Shown in pieces: positions 1-10,818 of a stretch of 36,359 nucleotides of DNA. Where the stretch lies: the NCBI GenBank assembly GCA_023140385.1, contig JAGLLT010000020.1, forward strand, positions 1 to 36,359, read 5' to 3'. Position 1 is the stretch's first letter; every line of letters starts with the position of its first letter. The position numbers and the translations under genes were made by a program. The notes under the pieces were generated by a model. That model worked only from the letters and a program-made list of their open reading frames with translations, was not told the DNA's origin and ran no database searches. The DNA comes from Candidatus Omnitrophota bacterium. Lineage in GTDB: Bacteria > Omnitrophota > Gorgyraeia > JAGLLT01.

Positions 1-26
1 TAAGTAAGAACCGGAAGAGGAGTAAG

Positions 27-338
27 ATGGCAAAGCAACAACAAAAGATCAGAATAAAGCTAAAGGCATATGATCACAGAGTGTTAGACCAGTCCGCTGG
101 TGAGATAATGAATACCGCCAGGCGCACAGGAGCAAAGATTTCAGGGCCCGTGCCTCTGCCGTCAAAAAGAGAAGATTACACGGTTTTAAGGTCGCCGCAC
201 GTTGATAAAAAGTCAAGAGAGCAGTTTCAGATTAAAACCCACATGAGACTGCTGGATATAATTAATCCCAGCGCTAAAACGATTGATGCTCTTAAAAAGC
301 TTGATTTACCGACCGGTGTGGATATTGAGATAAAGTAA
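27..338 (+). CDS. rpsJ: 30S ribosomal protein S10
   Basis: [15 protein letters not shown]...GPVPLP...[21 protein letters not shown] upstream. Confidence 0.99.
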   Translation: MAKQQQKIRIKLKAYDHRVLDQSAGEIMNTARRTGAKISGPVPLPSKREDYTVLRSPHVDKKSREQFQIKTHMRLLDIINPSAKTIDALKKLDLPTGVDIEIK

Positions 339-349
339 AGGATATATAA

Positions 350-1036
350 ATGCCAATAGGATTGTTGGGTAAAAAAATAGGAATGACGCAGATTTTTAAA
401 GAAGACGGGAAAATTGTGCCGGCTACGGTTATTGAGGCGGGGCCGTGTTACGTTTTGCAGGTAAAGGCCGGGGAGAAAGATGGTTACCGCGCCCTTCAGT
501 GCGGATTTGACGGCCAAAAGGAATCCCGCGTTAAAAAACCGTTGTTGGGAAGGTTTAAAAAAGCTCACATCAAACCGCTTAAATTTATTAAAGAGATGCG
601 TGTAGATGAGGCTGATGAGAATAAATATAAAGCGGGGGATGAGTTGAGGGTGGATTTGTTTCATGAGGGTGATTTTGTGGATATTACCGGAACCTCTATA
701 GGTAAGGGTTTTCAGGGAGTTATGAAAAGGTGGCACTTTAAGGGCCATCCGGCCAGTCATGGCGCGAAGGTTCACCGGACTCCCGGTTCAATCGGCGCCA
801 GCGCCAGCCCTTCAAGGGTTTTCAAAGGAAAGCATTTGCCGGGCAGGATGGGCGGCAAGCGGATTACCACGCAAAACATAAAGGTTCTTAAGGTGGATAA
901 AGATAATAATTTACTGGTAGTAAAAGGAGCTGTTTCGGGGTCGAAAAACAGTTACCTGGTAATTAAGCCGGCCCTGAAAAAGAAGAGGCAAGGCAAGCCA
1001 ATAAATATCGAATCTGGCACAGAGAGTAAAGTATAA
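350..1036 (+). CDS. rplC: 50S ribosomal protein L3
   Basis: GLLGKKIGMTQ, GKGFQGVMKRW, PGSIG motifs; operon order. Confidence 0.99.
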   Translation: MPIGLLGKKIGMTQIFKEDGKIVPATVIEAGPCYVLQVKAGEKDGYRALQCGFDGQKESRVKKPLLGRFKKAHIKPLKFIKEMRVDEADENKYKAGDELRVDLFHEGDFVDITGTSIGKGFQGVMKRWHFKGHPASHGAKVHRTPGSIGASASPSRVFKGKHLPGRMGGKRITTQNIKVLKVDKDNNLLVVKGAVSGSKNSYLVIKPALKKKRQGKPINIESGTESKV

Positions 1037-1665
1037 TGAAAGAGTTGCAAGTTTATAATGTAAAAGGACAAAAAGTTAGTTCTCTGAAATTAGACGAAAA
1101 GCTTTTTGATGGGAAGGTAAATGAAGCCGTTTTGCATGAGGCTATTGTAATGTACCGGGCAAATAAAAGAGTTGGCGCGGCATCTACAAAAAGAAGGTCT
1201 GAGGTAAGCGGCGGAGGCATAAAGCCCTGGCGCCAAAAAGGTACGGGGCGGGCGAGGACCGGTTCCATCAGATCGCCAATTTTTAGAGGGGGCGGATCCA
1301 TATTCGGCCCCAAGCCCAGAGATTATTCATACAGTATTCCTAAAAAAGTAAAAAAGAAAGCACTGCTATCTTCTATCAATTCAAAGCTAAATGACGGGAA
1401 TATTATTATTGTGGAAGAGATAAAACTTGATAAAATTAAAACCAGGGAGTTTGTTGATATTTTTAAAGCCCTAAAGATGGCGGAGGATAAAGTTCTTCTG
1501 GTGGTAGAAAAAGTCGAAAATAAGTTGAGGAAGTCCGCAGGTAATGTTAAGAATATTACCGTAAAAAGCGCGGATAACTTTAATACCTATGACGTCCTGG
1601 CCAACAAGAAGATAGTAGTAACAGAGAAATCAATAGAACTTATAAATAAGCGGGTTTCATTATGA
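1036..1665 (+). CDS. rplD: 50S ribosomal protein L4
   Basis: KPWRQKGTGRARTGSIRSP. Confidence 0.99.
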   Translation: MKELQVYNVKGQKVSSLKLDEKLFDGKVNEAVLHEAIVMYRANKRVGAASTKRRSEVSGGGIKPWRQKGTGRARTGSIRSPIFRGGGSIFGPKPRDYSYSIPKKVKKKALLSSINSKLNDGNIIIVEEIKLDKIKTREFVDIFKALKMAEDKVLLVVEKVENKLRKSAGNVKNITVKSADNFNTYDVLANKKIVVTEKSIELINKRVSL

Positions 1666-1940
1666 AAGATGCGTACATAATTCTTAAAAGTTTACTAAGA
1701 ACAGAAAAAGGAGCGGTTTTAAACCGTGAAAATAAGTACCTTTTTGAAGCGGACAAGAAAGCGAATAAGATTGAAATAAAAAAGGCGGTAGAAACTATCT
1801 ATAAGGTGAAGGTTGATAGCGTCAATGTAGTGTCCATGCGGGGCAAGCAAAAAAGAGTGAGATATAAAAAAGGCAAAACTCCGGATTGGAAGAAAGCAAT
1901 TGTAACTTTAAAAGAAGGCCAGACAATCGACATTATGTAG
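1662..1940 (+). CDS. rplW: 50S ribosomal protein L23
   Basis: TEK...[11 protein letters not shown]...WKKAIVTL. Confidence 0.98.
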   Translation: MKDAYIILKSLLRTEKGAVLNRENKYLFEADKKANKIEIKKAVETIYKVKVDSVNVVSMRGKQKRVRYKKGKTPDWKKAIVTLKEGQTIDIM

Positions 1941-1959
1941 GGTAGTATGGAAGGAAATT

Positions 1960-2811
1960 ATGGGAATTAAAGCAAGAAAGCCAAGCACACCATCACAGCG
2001 TTGGACCAAACTTCTGGACTTTAAGGAGCTGGAACCCCGCAATAAAAAGCCGGAGAAGTCTCTGACCTTTCCTTTAAAAAAGAGCGGAGGGCGCAACTCT
2101 CACGGGCATGTTACCTCACGCCACAGAGGCGGCGGACACAAACGCAAGTATAGATTAATAGATTTTAAAAGAGATAAAGACGACGTGATGGCAAAGGTAG
2201 TTTCCGTTGAGTATGATCCAAACAGATCGGCGAACATTGCTCTTTTGCTTTATCCTGATAGTGAGAAAAGGTATATTATAAGTCCTTTGGGCTTAAAGGT
2301 TGGTGAAGAGGTTGCTTCAGGTGAAAACGCTGAAATAAAAATGGGCAATTCGTTGCCGCTTTTTAAAATACCTCCCGGTATGCCGGTGCATAATATTGAA
2401 CTTGCTCCCGGTAAAGGCGGGAGACTTGTTCGCGGCGCCGGAGGCACGGCCTCAATTATGGCCCTAGAAGGGAAGTTTGCCCACGTAAAATTGCCTTCAG
2501 GTGAAATTCGACTGATTAAGAAGGAGTGCCGGGCCACTATTGGCCAGGTTGGAAATATTGGGCACGAGAGAAAGTCCATAGGTAAGGCAGGGCGCTCCCG
2601 CTGGATGGGCAAGCGTTCATCTGTCAGGGGCGTAGCCATGAATCCCCACGATCACCCGATGGGCGGCGGCGAAGGTAAGTCTTCCGGAGGCAGGCATCCA
2701 ACAACCCCATGGGGCAAGGCTACCAAGGGATTAATAACCAGAAAAAAGAAAAAATATTCTAATAAGTATATTATTAAAAAGCGGCCGTCAAAGCATAAAC
2801 GGAGGAAGTAA
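1960..2811 (+). CDS. rplB: 50S ribosomal protein L2
   Basis: [34 protein letters not shown]. Confidence 0.99.
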   Translation: MGIKARKPSTPSQRWTKLLDFKELEPRNKKPEKSLTFPLKKSGGRNSHGHVTSRHRGGGHKRKYRLIDFKRDKDDVMAKVVSVEYDPNRSANIALLLYPDSEKRYIISPLGLKVGEEVASGENAEIKMGNSLPLFKIPPGMPVHNIELAPGKGGRLVRGAGGTASIMALEGKFAHVKLPSGEIRLIKKECRATIGQVGNIGHERKSIGKAGRSRWMGKRSSVRGVAMNPHDHPMGGGEGKSSGGRHPTTPWGKATKGLITRKKKKYSNKYIIKKRPSKHKRRK

Positions 2812-2813
2812 GG

Positions 2814-3098
2814 ATGTCAAGGTCATCTAAAAAAGGCCCATACGTACACCCCAAACTGTTAAAAAAAGTTGAGAAAATGAAAAAGACCGGCCAGAAACAG
2901 CCTATTAAGACTTGGTCAAGGAGCTCTATGATTTTACCGGAATTCGTAGGGTATACCTTCACCGTTCATAACGGCAAAAAGTTTATTCCGGTATTTATTT
3001 CCGAAAAAATGGTGGGACATAAATTAGGGGAGTTTTCTCCCACGAGGACGTTCAGAAAGCATGGTTCTCACACTGAGCGCACAGCCGCTCGTAAATAG
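2814..3098 (+). CDS. rpsS: 30S ribosomal protein S19
   Basis: [20 protein letters not shown]. Confidence 0.99.
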   Translation: MSRSSKKGPYVHPKLLKKVEKMKKTGQKQPIKTWSRSSMILPEFVGYTFTVHNGKKFIPVFISEKMVGHKLGEFSPTRTFRKHGSHTERTAARK

Positions 3099-3106
3099 GA
3101 ATTAAT

Positions 3107-3517
3107 ATGATAGCCAAAGCGAAAATAAAATTTGCCAGAGTATCCGAAAAAAAAGCCAGAGATGTTGTTAATTTAATCAGGGGCCGGAAAGCCCAAGACG
3201 CCGTGGATATTGTGGATAATCTGAATAAGGGATCTTCTAAAATAGTAGCAAAGTTATTAAAGTCTGTTATAAGTAACGCTAAGCCGGTTGAGGCGGACGT
3301 AAGTAATCTTTATGTAAGTAAAATAACGGTGGATCAGGCAACTCCCCTAAAGCGTTTTAGGGCCCAGGCTTTTGGGCGGGCGGCGGTAATACTCAAAAGA
3401 ACGTCTCATATAGTGATAGAGCTTGATAGAGTAAAAAAGGTTGTCTCCTCTAACAAGCCGAAAAAGGTAGCTGCTAAAAAGAAGGCGGTAAAAAGGGTTG
3501 AAAGGAGAAGTGAATAA
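3107..3517 (+). CDS. rplV: 50S ribosomal protein L22 (Lys-rich C-terminal extension)
   Basis: KRFRAQAFGRA..ILKRTSHI; position after rpsS. Confidence 0.97.
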   Translation: MIAKAKIKFARVSEKKARDVVNLIRGRKAQDAVDIVDNLNKGSSKIVAKLLKSVISNAKPVEADVSNLYVSKITVDQATPLKRFRAQAFGRAAVILKRTSHIVIELDRVKKVVSSNKPKKVAAKKKAVKRVERRSE

Positions 3518-4186
3518 GTGGGGCAGAAAGTACATCCTTATAGTTTTAGATTAGGCTACATAAAAACGTGGAAGTCGCGATGGTTTTCCAATAAGAAAAA
3601 CTTTGGAGCAAAGCTGGCTGAAGATTTAAAGGTTCGTAGTTATATTAAGAAGAACTTCAATCAAGCCGGTATTTCGAGTATAGAGATTGACAAAGCTTCG
3701 GATAAAATAAAGGTGACAATTTTCGCGGCCCGGCCGGGAATTATTATTGGCAGGCGGGGGTCTGAGATTGACCGGCTTAAAGAGGACCTGCAGGAGGTAA
3801 CCGGCAAGGATGTCTACGTTGATATTAAGGAGGTAAAGATGCCAAGGACTGATGCTCAGCTGGTTGCGGAAAACATCGCTTTTCAGATAATTAAAAGAGT
3901 ATCATTTAGAAGGGCGATGAAAAAAGCGGTTTATGATGCTATGAGCTCAGGCGTCGGAGGTGTCAGGATAACCTGTTCGGGAAGATTGGGGGGGGCCGAG
4001 ATGTCCCGCAGGGAAACCTATAAAGACGGAAAGGTTCCGCTGCATACGTTGAGAGCCGATATACATTACGGCTTTACGGAAGCTAGAACAACTTACGGGG
4101 CTATCGGTATAAAAGTTTGGATTTATAAGGGTGAAATAATTCCTGAAAAAGGTACCGCTGAAGGAAACAATAAGAGGGAGAAGTAA
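3518..4186 (+). CDS. rpsC: 30S ribosomal protein S3
   Basis: [29 protein letters not shown] start. Confidence 0.99.
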   Translation: MGQKVHPYSFRLGYIKTWKSRWFSNKKNFGAKLAEDLKVRSYIKKNFNQAGISSIEIDKASDKIKVTIFAARPGIIIGRRGSEIDRLKEDLQEVTGKDVYVDIKEVKMPRTDAQLVAENIAFQIIKRVSFRRAMKKAVYDAMSSGVGGVRITCSGRLGGAEMSRRETYKDGKVPLHTLRADIHYGFTEARTTYGAIGIKVWIYKGEIIPEKGTAEGNNKREK

Positions 4187-4188
4187 AA

Positions 4189-4608
4189 ATGCCTTTAATG
4201 CCGAAAAGAGTTAAGTTCAGAAAGACCCATAGAGGAAAACGCCGCGGCATGGCGCATACCGGCTCAAAGGTTAATTTTGGTGAATTTGGTTTGCAGGCAT
4301 TGGAGAGCGGGTGGATTACCAATAGGCAAATAGAAGCTGCCCGTGTTGCTTTAACAAGGCACGTAAGGCGTGGCGGAAAGGTTTGGATAAGAATTTTTCC
4401 GGACAAACCGGTAACTAAAAAGCCGGCTGAGACCAGAATGGGCAAGGGAAAGGGAGCTCCGGAATTTTGGGTGGCCGTAGTTAAGCGGGGAAGAGTTCTG
4501 TTTGAAATGGATGGTATTCCCAGAGATTTAGCCAGAGACGCGTTAAGGCTGGCATCACATAAGCTGCCGGTGAAGACTAAATTTATAACAAGGCAAGGTT
4601 TGATATGA
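4189..4608 (+). CDS. rplP: 50S ribosomal protein L16
   Basis: [17 protein letters not shown]. Confidence 0.99.
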   Translation: MPLMPKRVKFRKTHRGKRRGMAHTGSKVNFGEFGLQALESGWITNRQIEAARVALTRHVRRGGKVWIRIFPDKPVTKKPAETRMGKGKGAPEFWVAVVKRGRVLFEMDGIPRDLARDALRLASHKLPVKTKFITRQGLI

Positions 4609-4811
4609 AACCTGAAAAAGCAAAGAGTCTGAGAGATTTAACCAAGGATGAGCTAAATCAAAATCTCCAGGATTATAGACAGGAACTGCATAAGTTGCGA
4701 TACGACGTAAAAAGCGGCAGAGTTGAAAAGCCGGACAAAATAAGGATCATCAGGAGAAATATTGCACGAGTTTTAACGATTTTAAGGGAGAAGGAGAATG
4801 CCCAGAGTTAA
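4605..4811 (+). CDS. rpmC: 50S ribosomal protein L29
   Basis: LRDLTKDEL...[14 protein letters not shown]; operon order. Confidence 0.96.
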   Translation: MKPEKAKSLRDLTKDELNQNLQDYRQELHKLRYDVKSGRVEKPDKIRIIRRNIARVLTILREKENAQS

Positions 4812-5058
4812 TCAGGATAGAGGCACGCGCAAGCAGCAAATTGGCGTGGTTGTCAGTGATAAATCAGATAAGACTATTATTGTAAGAGTTAAAAGGGTTG
4901 GTAAGCATCCGGTTTACGGCAAGGTTATCAAGCGGTATTCTAAATTTAAAGCGCATGATCCGGAAAACAAAGCAAAGCTTAACGACCAGGTAAGGATTGT
5001 TGAGACCAGGCCTCTTTCGAAAGAAAAGAGATGGAGATTAGCGGAGATAGTTAAATGA
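4798..5058 (+). CDS. rpsQ: 30S ribosomal protein S17
   Basis: [28 protein letters not shown]. Confidence 0.99.
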   Translation: MPRVNQDRGTRKQQIGVVVSDKSDKTIIVRVKRVGKHPVYGKVIKRYSKFKAHDPENKAKLNDQVRIVETRPLSKEKRWRLAEIVK

Positions 5059-5423
5059 TTCAGTTAAGGACAATTCTGGAAATAGCCGACAATTCCGGCG
5101 CCAGGAAGGCCAGTTGTATTAAGGTGGTCGGCCGTTCAGCTAAAAAATATGCTGAAATAGGAGACATTGTTACCGTAAACATTAAAGAAGTTATACCGGA
5201 ATCCGAGGTGAAGAAAGGGGAGGTGGCTAAGGCCGTAGTTGTCAGGACGCACTCTCCTATCAGGCGTAAAGACGGGTCTTATTTAAAATTTGACAATAAC
5301 GCCGTCGTTTTGATAGACGGCCAGAAGAATCCCAGGGGAACGAGAATATTCGGCCCGGTGGCGCGGGAATTAAGAGAAAAAAACTTTATGAAAATTGTAT
5401 CTTTAGCTCCGGAGGTTATATAA
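5055..5423 (+). CDS. rplN: 50S ribosomal protein L14
   Basis: [19 protein letters not shown]. Confidence 0.99.
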   Translation: MIQLRTILEIADNSGARKASCIKVVGRSAKKYAEIGDIVTVNIKEVIPESEVKKGEVAKAVVVRTHSPIRRKDGSYLKFDNNAVVLIDGQKNPRGTRIFGPVARELREKNFMKIVSLAPEVI

Positions 5424-5424
5424 A

Positions 5425-5733
5425 GTGCTGCGCATAAAAAAGAATGATACTGTGGTTGTCAGGCGGGGTAAGGAAAGAGGGAAAAAGGCCAAAGTGCTTA
5501 AAGTCATCCCCGTGACCGGTAAGGTTATACTGGAAGGCCTGAATATAATAACGAAACACGCAAAAAAAAGGCGCCAGGAGGATCAGGGAGGCATTATCAA
5601 AAGAGAGTCTCCGGTTAATATATCAAATGTTATGCTTTATTGCGCCAAATGCAAGAAAGCCGTTAGAACCGGCTTTGTCAGGAAAAAAAACGGCGTTAAC
5701 AGAGTTTGTAAAAAATGTAATCAGGAGCTGTAA
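5425..5733 (+). CDS. rplX: 50S ribosomal protein L24
   Basis: IKKNDTV, GGIIKRESPVNISNV; GTG start; two CxxC pairs at C-terminus. Confidence 0.98.
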   Translation: MLRIKKNDTVVVRRGKERGKKAKVLKVIPVTGKVILEGLNIITKHAKKRRQEDQGGIIKRESPVNISNVMLYCAKCKKAVRTGFVRKKNGVNRVCKKCNQEL

Positions 5734-5741
5734 GGATTGTG

Positions 5742-6287
5742 ATGAAAAAGTCAAGATTATTAGAGAAGTACAATAAAGATATTATTCCCGCAATGATGAA
5801 AAAGTTCGGGTATAAAAATAGATTTCAAACTCCTAAAATTAAGAAGATTGTCATTAACGCCGGGTTGGGGGAAGGGTCTAAAGAGTTTAAAATAATTGAA
5901 CAGGCAATGAAAGAGCTGGCCCAGATTACCGGCCAAAAACCCGCTATTACCAGGGCAAAAAAGGCAATTTCTAACTTTAAGATTAGAGCCGGTGATGCCG
6001 TCGGGTGCAAGGTTACTTTGAGGGGTAGCCGTATGTACGACTTCTTAGATAGGTTTATTAACATAGCCATACCCAGAATCAAAGACTTTAGAGGTATAAA
6101 CCCTAAATCATTTGATAGCAGTCATAACTTTACCGTAGGCATAAAAGAACAGTCTATGTTTCCCGAGATTGATTATGACAGGATAGACAGGACCATCGGT
6201 ATGAATATCACCTTCGATATGTCCTCTCGAAGCAAAGAAGAATCTCATGAGTTGCTAAGGTTGTTTGGAATGCCGTATAAAAAGTGA
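5742..6287 (+). CDS. rplE: 50S ribosomal protein L5
   Basis: KIVINAGLGE, ITGQKP, PRIKDFRG; ATG 5742 preferred over GTG 5739 on SD (AAGGA) spacing. Confidence 0.99.
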   Translation: MKKSRLLEKYNKDIIPAMMKKFGYKNRFQTPKIKKIVINAGLGEGSKEFKIIEQAMKELAQITGQKPAITRAKKAISNFKIRAGDAVGCKVTLRGSRMYDFLDRFINIAIPRIKDFRGINPKSFDSSHNFTVGIKEQSMFPEIDYDRIDRTIGMNITFDMSSRSKEESHELLRLFGMPYKK

Positions 6288-6309
6288 GTAATCGTTTAAA
6301 GGAAAATCA

Positions 6310-6495
6310 ATGGCTAGAAAATCATTAATTGAAAAAGCAAAGAAGGAACCTAAATACACCACCCGCAAACAGCACAGATGTTTGCGTTGCGGACGTTCAA
6401 GAGGCTACATTCGTAAATTTCAAATTTGCCGAATATGCTTTAGAGAGTTAGCCTCCTGCGGGGAAATACCGGGTGTAACTAAAGCAAGCTGGTAA
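6310..6495 (+). CDS. rpsN: 30S ribosomal protein S14, short zinc-binding (type Z)
   Basis: 61 aa, RCLRCGR...[10 protein letters not shown]...[11 protein letters not shown]. Confidence 0.99.
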   Translation: MARKSLIEKAKKEPKYTTRKQHRCLRCGRSRGYIRKFQICRICFRELASCGEIPGVTKASW

Positions 6496-6535
6496 AACGG
6501 CTTAGCGGCAGGTTAAATTTTATTAGGAGATTTAT

Positions 6536-6931
6536 ATGATAACTGATTTAGTCGCCAACGCGCTAACCATGATAAGAAACGCTTCTTTAAGAGGAAAAGA
6601 GACGGTAAATATTCCCGCTTCTTCAATGCTTAAAGAGATAATAAGAATCTTTAAGGAAGAAAATTTCATAAAAGATTTTAGAGTATTGGAAGATGACCGG
6701 CAGGGCTCTATAAGGGTTTATCTGAAATATACTAAGAATGATGAATCCGCGATATCTCATATAAAAAGGATTTCTAAGCCGGGTTTGAGAATTTATAAAG
6801 GTAAGGAAGAAATACCTAACGCCTTGGGAGGCCTCGGGGTAACGATTTTGACCACTTCCCGCGGCATATTAACTGACAAAGAAGCAAAAGCAAAAGGTGT
6901 TGGCGGAGAAATTATCTGCCAGATATGGTAA
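6536..6931 (+). CDS. rpsH: 30S ribosomal protein S8
   Basis: LTMIRNA, RISKPGLRIY, GGEIICQIW. Confidence 0.99.
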   Translation: MITDLVANALTMIRNASLRGKETVNIPASSMLKEIIRIFKEENFIKDFRVLEDDRQGSIRVYLKYTKNDESAISHIKRISKPGLRIYKGKEEIPNALGGLGVTILTTSRGILTDKEAKAKGVGGEIICQIW

Positions 6932-6948
6932 GTTAAAGGGGAAAATTA

Positions 6949-7485
6949 ATGTCGAGAGTCGGGAAAAAACCTGTTTCAATTTTAGATAAAGTAAAGGTGT
7001 CCGTTGATAGAAACGTAGTTTCCGTTGAGGGGCCTAAGGGTAAGCTGGAATTGACGGCGCATCATCGAATGAAGGTTGAAGTAATTGATAAAGAAGTTGT
7101 GATTAAGAGGCCTTCAAATCTGAAGCTTGATAAATCACTGCATGGTCTAACTAGGAGCCTGATACAAAATATGGTAATCGGCGTAACCTCCGGTTACAAA
7201 AAGGAGCTTGAAATACAGGGGGTAGGCCTAAGAGCTCAAGTGCAAGGTAAGAAGTTAAATCTCCAACTTGGTTTTTCTCATCCTATAAATTACGAAATAC
7301 CACAGGGGATCAGCATAGAAACTCCTAAGCCGACCGAGATTATTGTAACGGGTATAGATAAGCAACTGGTAGGAGAAGTGGCGGCCGAGATAAGGCACTA
7401 TTATAAACCGGAGCCGTATAAAGGAAAAGGCATCAGGTATAAAGGTGAATATGTCAGAAGAAAGGCCGGTAAAACGGTTGTATAA
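6949..7485 (+). CDS. rplF: 50S ribosomal protein L6
   Basis: MSRVGKKP, PEPYKGKGIRY. Confidence 0.99.
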   Translation: MSRVGKKPVSILDKVKVSVDRNVVSVEGPKGKLELTAHHRMKVEVIDKEVVIKRPSNLKLDKSLHGLTRSLIQNMVIGVTSGYKKELEIQGVGLRAQVQGKKLNLQLGFSHPINYEIPQGISIETPKPTEIIVTGIDKQLVGEVAAEIRHYYKPEPYKGKGIRYKGEYVRRKAGKTVV

Positions 7486-7513
7486 ACGCTAAAAAAAAGG
7501 TTATTGTTATAAA

Positions 7514-7879
7514 ATGATAAAGAAAAAAATGACGGATAAGAGAAAGAAAAGGCATCAAAGAGTAAGAAAGCAGGTGTTTGGCACAGCCCAGAAACCAAGG
7601 CTGAATGTTTACAGGAGCCTGGCGCATTTTTACGCTCAGCTTATTAATGATACAAGTGGAAAGGTGCTATTAAGCATGTCTACTTTAGCTGAGGGCTTTA
7701 GAGAGAAAAATAAATACGGAGGCAATAAAGAAGCCGCCGAAGCATTAGGTAAGATATTCGCCGAGAAGGCTCTTAAAGCAAGCATAAAAGAGTGTGTTTT
7801 TGACAGAGGCGGCTATATGTATCATGGGAGAGTTAAAGTATTCGCGGAAGCCGCGCGTAAAGCCGGCTTGAAATTCTAA
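7514..7879 (+). CDS. rplR: 50S ribosomal protein L18
   Basis: PRLNVYRS, FDRGGYMYHGRVK. Confidence 0.99.
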   Translation: MIKKKMTDKRKKRHQRVRKQVFGTAQKPRLNVYRSLAHFYAQLINDTSGKVLLSMSTLAEGFREKNKYGGNKEAAEALGKIFAEKALKASIKECVFDRGGYMYHGRVKVFAEAARKAGLKF

Positions 7880-7893
7880 CGAGGGTGTAATTT

Positions 7894-8394
7894 ATGGCAC
7901 GAGAACGAAGAGAAATAAAAAGTGAGTTTTTTGAGAAGGTCGTCTTTGTTAACAGGGTATCTAAGGTGGTAAAAGGCGGCAGAAAATTTTCCTTTACAGC
8001 AAGTGTTGTTGTAGGGGACGAAAAGGGTTCTTTTGGCTGCGGCTACGGTAAAGCTAAAGAGGTTCCCGAGGCTATTCGTAAGGCATCCAGTAGCGCTAAA
8101 AAAGCAATGTTTAAAGTAGCAATAGACGGCAGTACCATCACTCACCAGATTATTGGCAAGCACGGGGCTGCCCGGGTTTTACTTAAGCCCGCTAAAGGAG
8201 GTACCGGTATTATTGCCGGCGGAGCTGTTAGGTCGGTCTGTGAGGCGGTGGGTATTAAGGATATACTTACTAAGTGCCTGAAATCCAATAACACTTTAAA
8301 TATTCTCAAGGCCTGCGAACAAGGCCTCAAGAGCCTTAAGGCAAAAGATTATAGAAGTAGAAATATTAAAGGAAAGACTGATGAGACTAACTGA
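7894..8394 (+). CDS. rpsE: 30S ribosomal protein S5
   Basis: [23 protein letters not shown]. Confidence 0.99.
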   Translation: MARERREIKSEFFEKVVFVNRVSKVVKGGRKFSFTASVVVGDEKGSFGCGYGKAKEVPEAIRKASSSAKKAMFKVAIDGSTITHQIIGKHGAARVLLKPAKGGTGIIAGGAVRSVCEAVGIKDILTKCLKSNNTLNILKACEQGLKSLKAKDYRSRNIKGKTDETN

Positions 8395-8824
8395 ATTAAA
8401 ACCCGCAAAGGGAAGTACTAAGAGAAAGAAAAAGCTTGGGCGGGGTTGCGGCTCCGGCAGAGGAAAAACTTCCGGAAAGGGGCACAAGGGGCAGACGTCA
8501 CGCTCCGGGTCTAAATCTATGCTGGGATTTGAAGGCGGCCAGATGCCGTTAATAAGGAAGCTGCCCAAGAGAGGATTTAACAATAAATTTAAGGTAATCT
8601 ATCAGATAGTGAATGTTGAACGCCTGAACGCCTTTAAGGATGGCGAGGTGGTGGATATAAAGAAGCTAAAAGAAGTTAATTTGATAAGCACTTTAGCTCA
8701 CAGAGTAAAAATTTTAGGCAATGGTGAATTATTAAAACCGTTGACCGTTTGCGCTCATAAGTTTACCCAGAGCGCGAGAGATAAAATCGAAAAAGCAAAA
8801 GGAACTGTAAAGGTTATAGCATAA
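8381..8824 (+). CDS. rplO: 50S ribosomal protein L15
   Basis: [28 protein letters not shown]. Confidence 0.99.
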   Translation: MRLTELKPAKGSTKRKKKLGRGCGSGRGKTSGKGHKGQTSRSGSKSMLGFEGGQMPLIRKLPKRGFNNKFKVIYQIVNVERLNAFKDGEVVDIKKLKEVNLISTLAHRVKILGNGELLKPLTVCAHKFTQSARDKIEKAKGTVKVIA

Positions 8825-8825
8825 T

Positions 8826-10157
8826 ATGCTCAAAGCGTTAGGCAGTGCGTTTAAGATACCGGAGCTTAAGAAAAAGATACTGTTTACTTTAGCGATGATT
8901 GCCGTTTTCAGGTTAGGAGCCTATGTTCCGACACCGGGGATTAATGCCCAGGCCCTGGCTCTTTTTTTTGAGCAGCAGTCGGGCACGCTTTTTTCCCTAA
9001 TGGATATGTTTTCAGGGGGCGCTATGAGCAAGGCGACCGTTTTTGCCCTGGGCATTATGCCCTACATTTCCGCGTCTATTATTATGCAGCTTTTAACGGC
9101 GGTTGTACCTTTCTTTATGAAGATTGCCAAAGAGCCCGACGGGAGAAAAAAGATTACCCAGTATACAAGATACGGGACGATTGTTCTATGTATTATCCAG
9201 TCGCTTTTTATTGCTTCCTATCTGGAGGGATTCAGCGGGATGGGCAGTATGGCAATGACGCTTTTTACCGGTTGGAAGCTTAGGCTGTTGGTAATAATCA
9301 CCTTAACCGCCGGCTCCGCTTTTTTGATGTGGCTGGGGGAGCAGATGTCCACCTTTGGTATAGGAAACGGCATATCCATAATTATTACCGCCGGTATCGT
9401 ATCCCGTATGCCACCGGCCTTTAAGCAGTTTATTGAATATATTACGCCTTTTGGCCATGACGCAAGGATAAAACCACCGACAATACTGCTCTTGGTTATC
9501 ATGCTCATCGGCGTAATAGTAGGCGTTATTTTGATTACCCAGGGGCAGAGGAAGATACCTGTCCAGTATGCTAAGCGGGTAATCGGCAGAAAAATTTATG
9601 GCGGCCACAGCAGCTATATTCCTTTAAGAGTAAATCAGGCGGGTGTAATTCCTATTATATTCGCTCAGTCCGCGCTTATGTTTCCGCAGACAATCTCAAG
9701 CTTCGCCAAAGAGAATGTGTTTATAGAGAATGTAACCAGATGGCTGGGCATGGGACATCCGGTTTATATTGTTTGTTTCACCTTGCTTATCGTGTTCTTT
9801 ACGTATTTTTATACGGCTATAATATTTAATCCCCAGGATGTAGCCCAGAATATGAAGAAGCACGGCGGGTTTATTCCCGGCGTAAGGCCCGGAAAGCCGA
9901 CCGAGCAGTACTTTGATTACATTTTGGGCAGGATAACACTGCCCGGGGCAATATTTTTAGCCGGCATTGCTGTTATGCCGACCATTATCAATGGCTGGCT
10001 AAAGGTTCCATATCTGATCGCGAGCTTCCTGGGCGGGACGGGTATTTTGATTATCGTTGGTGTAATGCTTGACACAATGGGACAGATTGAATCGCACCTG
10101 CTGATGAGGCACTACGAAGGTTTTATGAAAAAAGGTAAAATAAGAACGAGGAGATAA
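8826..10157 (+). CDS. secY: Preprotein translocase subunit SecY
   Basis: FALGIMPYISASII, GIGNGIS, AGVIPIIFA, FIPGVRPG. Confidence 0.99.
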   Translation: MLKALGSAFKIPELKKKILFTLAMIAVFRLGAYVPTPGINAQALALFFEQQSGTLFSLMDMFSGGAMSKATVFALGIMPYISASIIMQLLTAVVPFFMKIAKEPDGRKKITQYTRYGTIVLCIIQSLFIASYLEGFSGMGSMAMTLFTGWKLRLLVIITLTAGSAFLMWLGEQMSTFGIGNGISIIITAGIVSRMPPAFKQFIEYITPFGHDARIKPPTILLLVIMLIGVIVGVILITQGQRKIPVQYAKRVIGRKIYGGHSSYIPLRVNQAGVIPIIFAQSALMFPQTISSFAKENVFIENVTRWLGMGHPVYIVCFTLLIVFFTYFYTAIIFNPQDVAQNMKKHGGFIPGVRPGKPTEQYFDYILGRITLPGAIFLAGIAVMPTIINGWLKVPYLIASFLGGTGILIIVGVMLDTMGQIESHLLMRHYEGFMKKGKIRTRR

Positions 10158-10161
10158 TTCT

Positions 10162-10818
10162 TTGAGGATAATATTACTTGGTCCGCCGGGAGCGGGCAAA
10201 GGAACCCAGGCAGACATCCTTTCAGATCATTATAATATCGCTCATATTGCTACCGGCGACCTATTGCGTGAAGAGGTGGACAATGATACGGCGCTTGGGC
10301 AAAAAGCAAAAGAGTATATGCGAAAAGGAGAGTTGGTTCCTGATAGCCTGGTTATCAAGATGGTTTTGAAGAGGCTTGAGAATCCTGATACCAAGAACGG
10401 ATTTATCCTTGACGGATTTCCAAGAAATATTAATCAGGCGCGGGAGTTAAGCGCGGGCCTAAAAGATAAGAAGATAGAGATTGATTTAACCGTCTATCTG
10501 GAGACTTCAGAAGAGGTTATTATAAAGAGGCTGTCCGGCAGAAGAATATGCAGGAGCTGCAGGGCGGTTTATCACATAGTCAACGTGCCGCCTAAAGTTG
10601 AGGGTGTTTGTGACAGATGCGGCGGAGAATTATATCAGAGAGTTGACGATAATTCCCAGACCATAAAAAAAAGGCTGATGGTTTATGAGCAGGAGACGGC
10701 CAGCCTTATAGATTTTTATAAGGGTTTGGATAAATTGTACGTAGCTTCAGGTGACATAGACGCTCAGCAACTTTTTCATAATTTAACTGAAGTTTTTGGA
10801 AAAAAAATCGCCGCATGA
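10162..10818 (+). CDS. adk: Adenylate kinase (zinc-LID type)
   Basis: GPPGAGKGTQ, LDGFPR, LID CRSC...CDRC; TTG start. Confidence 0.99.
   Translation: MRIILLGPPGAGKGTQADILSDHYNIAHIATGDLLREEVDNDTALGQKAKEYMRKGELVPDSLVIKMVLKRLENPDTKNGFILDGFPRNINQARELSAGLKDKKIEIDLTVYLETSEEVIIKRLSGRRICRSCRAVYHIVNVPPKVEGVCDRCGGELYQRVDDNSQTIKKRLMVYEQETASLIDFYKGLDKLYVASGDIDAQQLFHNLTEVFGKKIAA

Noticed and set aside
1..26. TAA at 1-3 as the stop of an upstream tuf/fusA
   Set aside because: Plausible from usual gene order, but no coding sequence is visible in the window.
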